This document shows, in pieces, positions 63,496-64,000 of a stretch of DNA of 64,000 nucleotides. The DNA comes from Octopus sinensis (lineage: Eukaryota). Numbering within the stretch: the first letter of the stretch is position 1; every line of letters begins with the position of its first letter. The DNA is taken from NCBI RefSeq assembly GCF_006345805.1, contig NC_043012.1, forward strand, positions 9,672,001-9,736,000, read 5' to 3'. Both the position numbers and the translations under genes were made by a program. The notes beneath the pieces were generated by a model. That model saw only the letters and a list, made by a program, of their open reading frames with translations, was not told the origin of the DNA and did no database searches.

Positions 63496-64000
63496 TTATA
63501 CATCCTTCAAGTATACTATCATCTAAATTCATCTCAGCATCATCAGGTATTTTGTCAGTAATCGCTGAACTGGTACAAACATCCGAGTCACAATATATCT
63601 TATACACATTAGATGTGTAAGTAATTGGTTATGATATCATTTTGGAATTCTTAAATTTTACTTTTATAGAACATTACAATATTGTTTATAAACATTCCCC
63701 CATCGTGCCCCTAATAAATTTTCCCTGTATTTGCATCTTGAGTTTTTCAGTGACTTGGCCCTTTAACTGGTAATTAACATCATGATTTAAAGTCTACCCT
63801 TACCCTGCCTCTCTTTATAGTTCTATCAAACTGACTCTTCCTAATGTCTTATTAACTTTCTCTTGTGGAAAAGAGATACTTTTCCACATACCTAGCCATG
63901 AGCTGTCAACTCTCTTGTTTTTATATTTAAATAAACACAGTCTTCTTAGTCTCAGATGTAACAGATGATAAAGAGATAAATATATTAGAAATGAAGTACA

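Overview
AT-rich, microsatellite-saturated animal genomic DNA with no confidently identifiable host protein-coding exon. The repeat repertoire (tRNA-headed SINEs with CORE-like or microsatellite bodies) matches what I recall of octopus (coleoid cephalopod) genomes; this host call is inference, not a database result. The window is a mosaic of at least four tRNA-derived SINE families (labelled A, B, C and CORE-type here), remnants of R4/Dong-like, HERO-like, Tx1/L1, RTE and Penelope-like (PLE) retroelements, two mariner fragments and many simple repeats. Almost all ORFs in the supplied track are microsatellite artefacts. The main unexplained signal is a dispersed set of minimal type-I hammerhead ribozyme (HHR) folds with palindromic helix III, carried by several unrelated short elements, most of them sitting in (TA)n tracts. 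These include a G3-C8 compensatory core variant in a 277-bp fold-back, a 486-bp unit arranged as tandem plus inverted copies, and a tRNA-headed SINE ending in an HHR-bearing tail that inserted as one TSD-bounded unit with an inverted copy of its tail. A candidate first (5'UTR) exon of a minus-strand host gene lies at 44259-44541.
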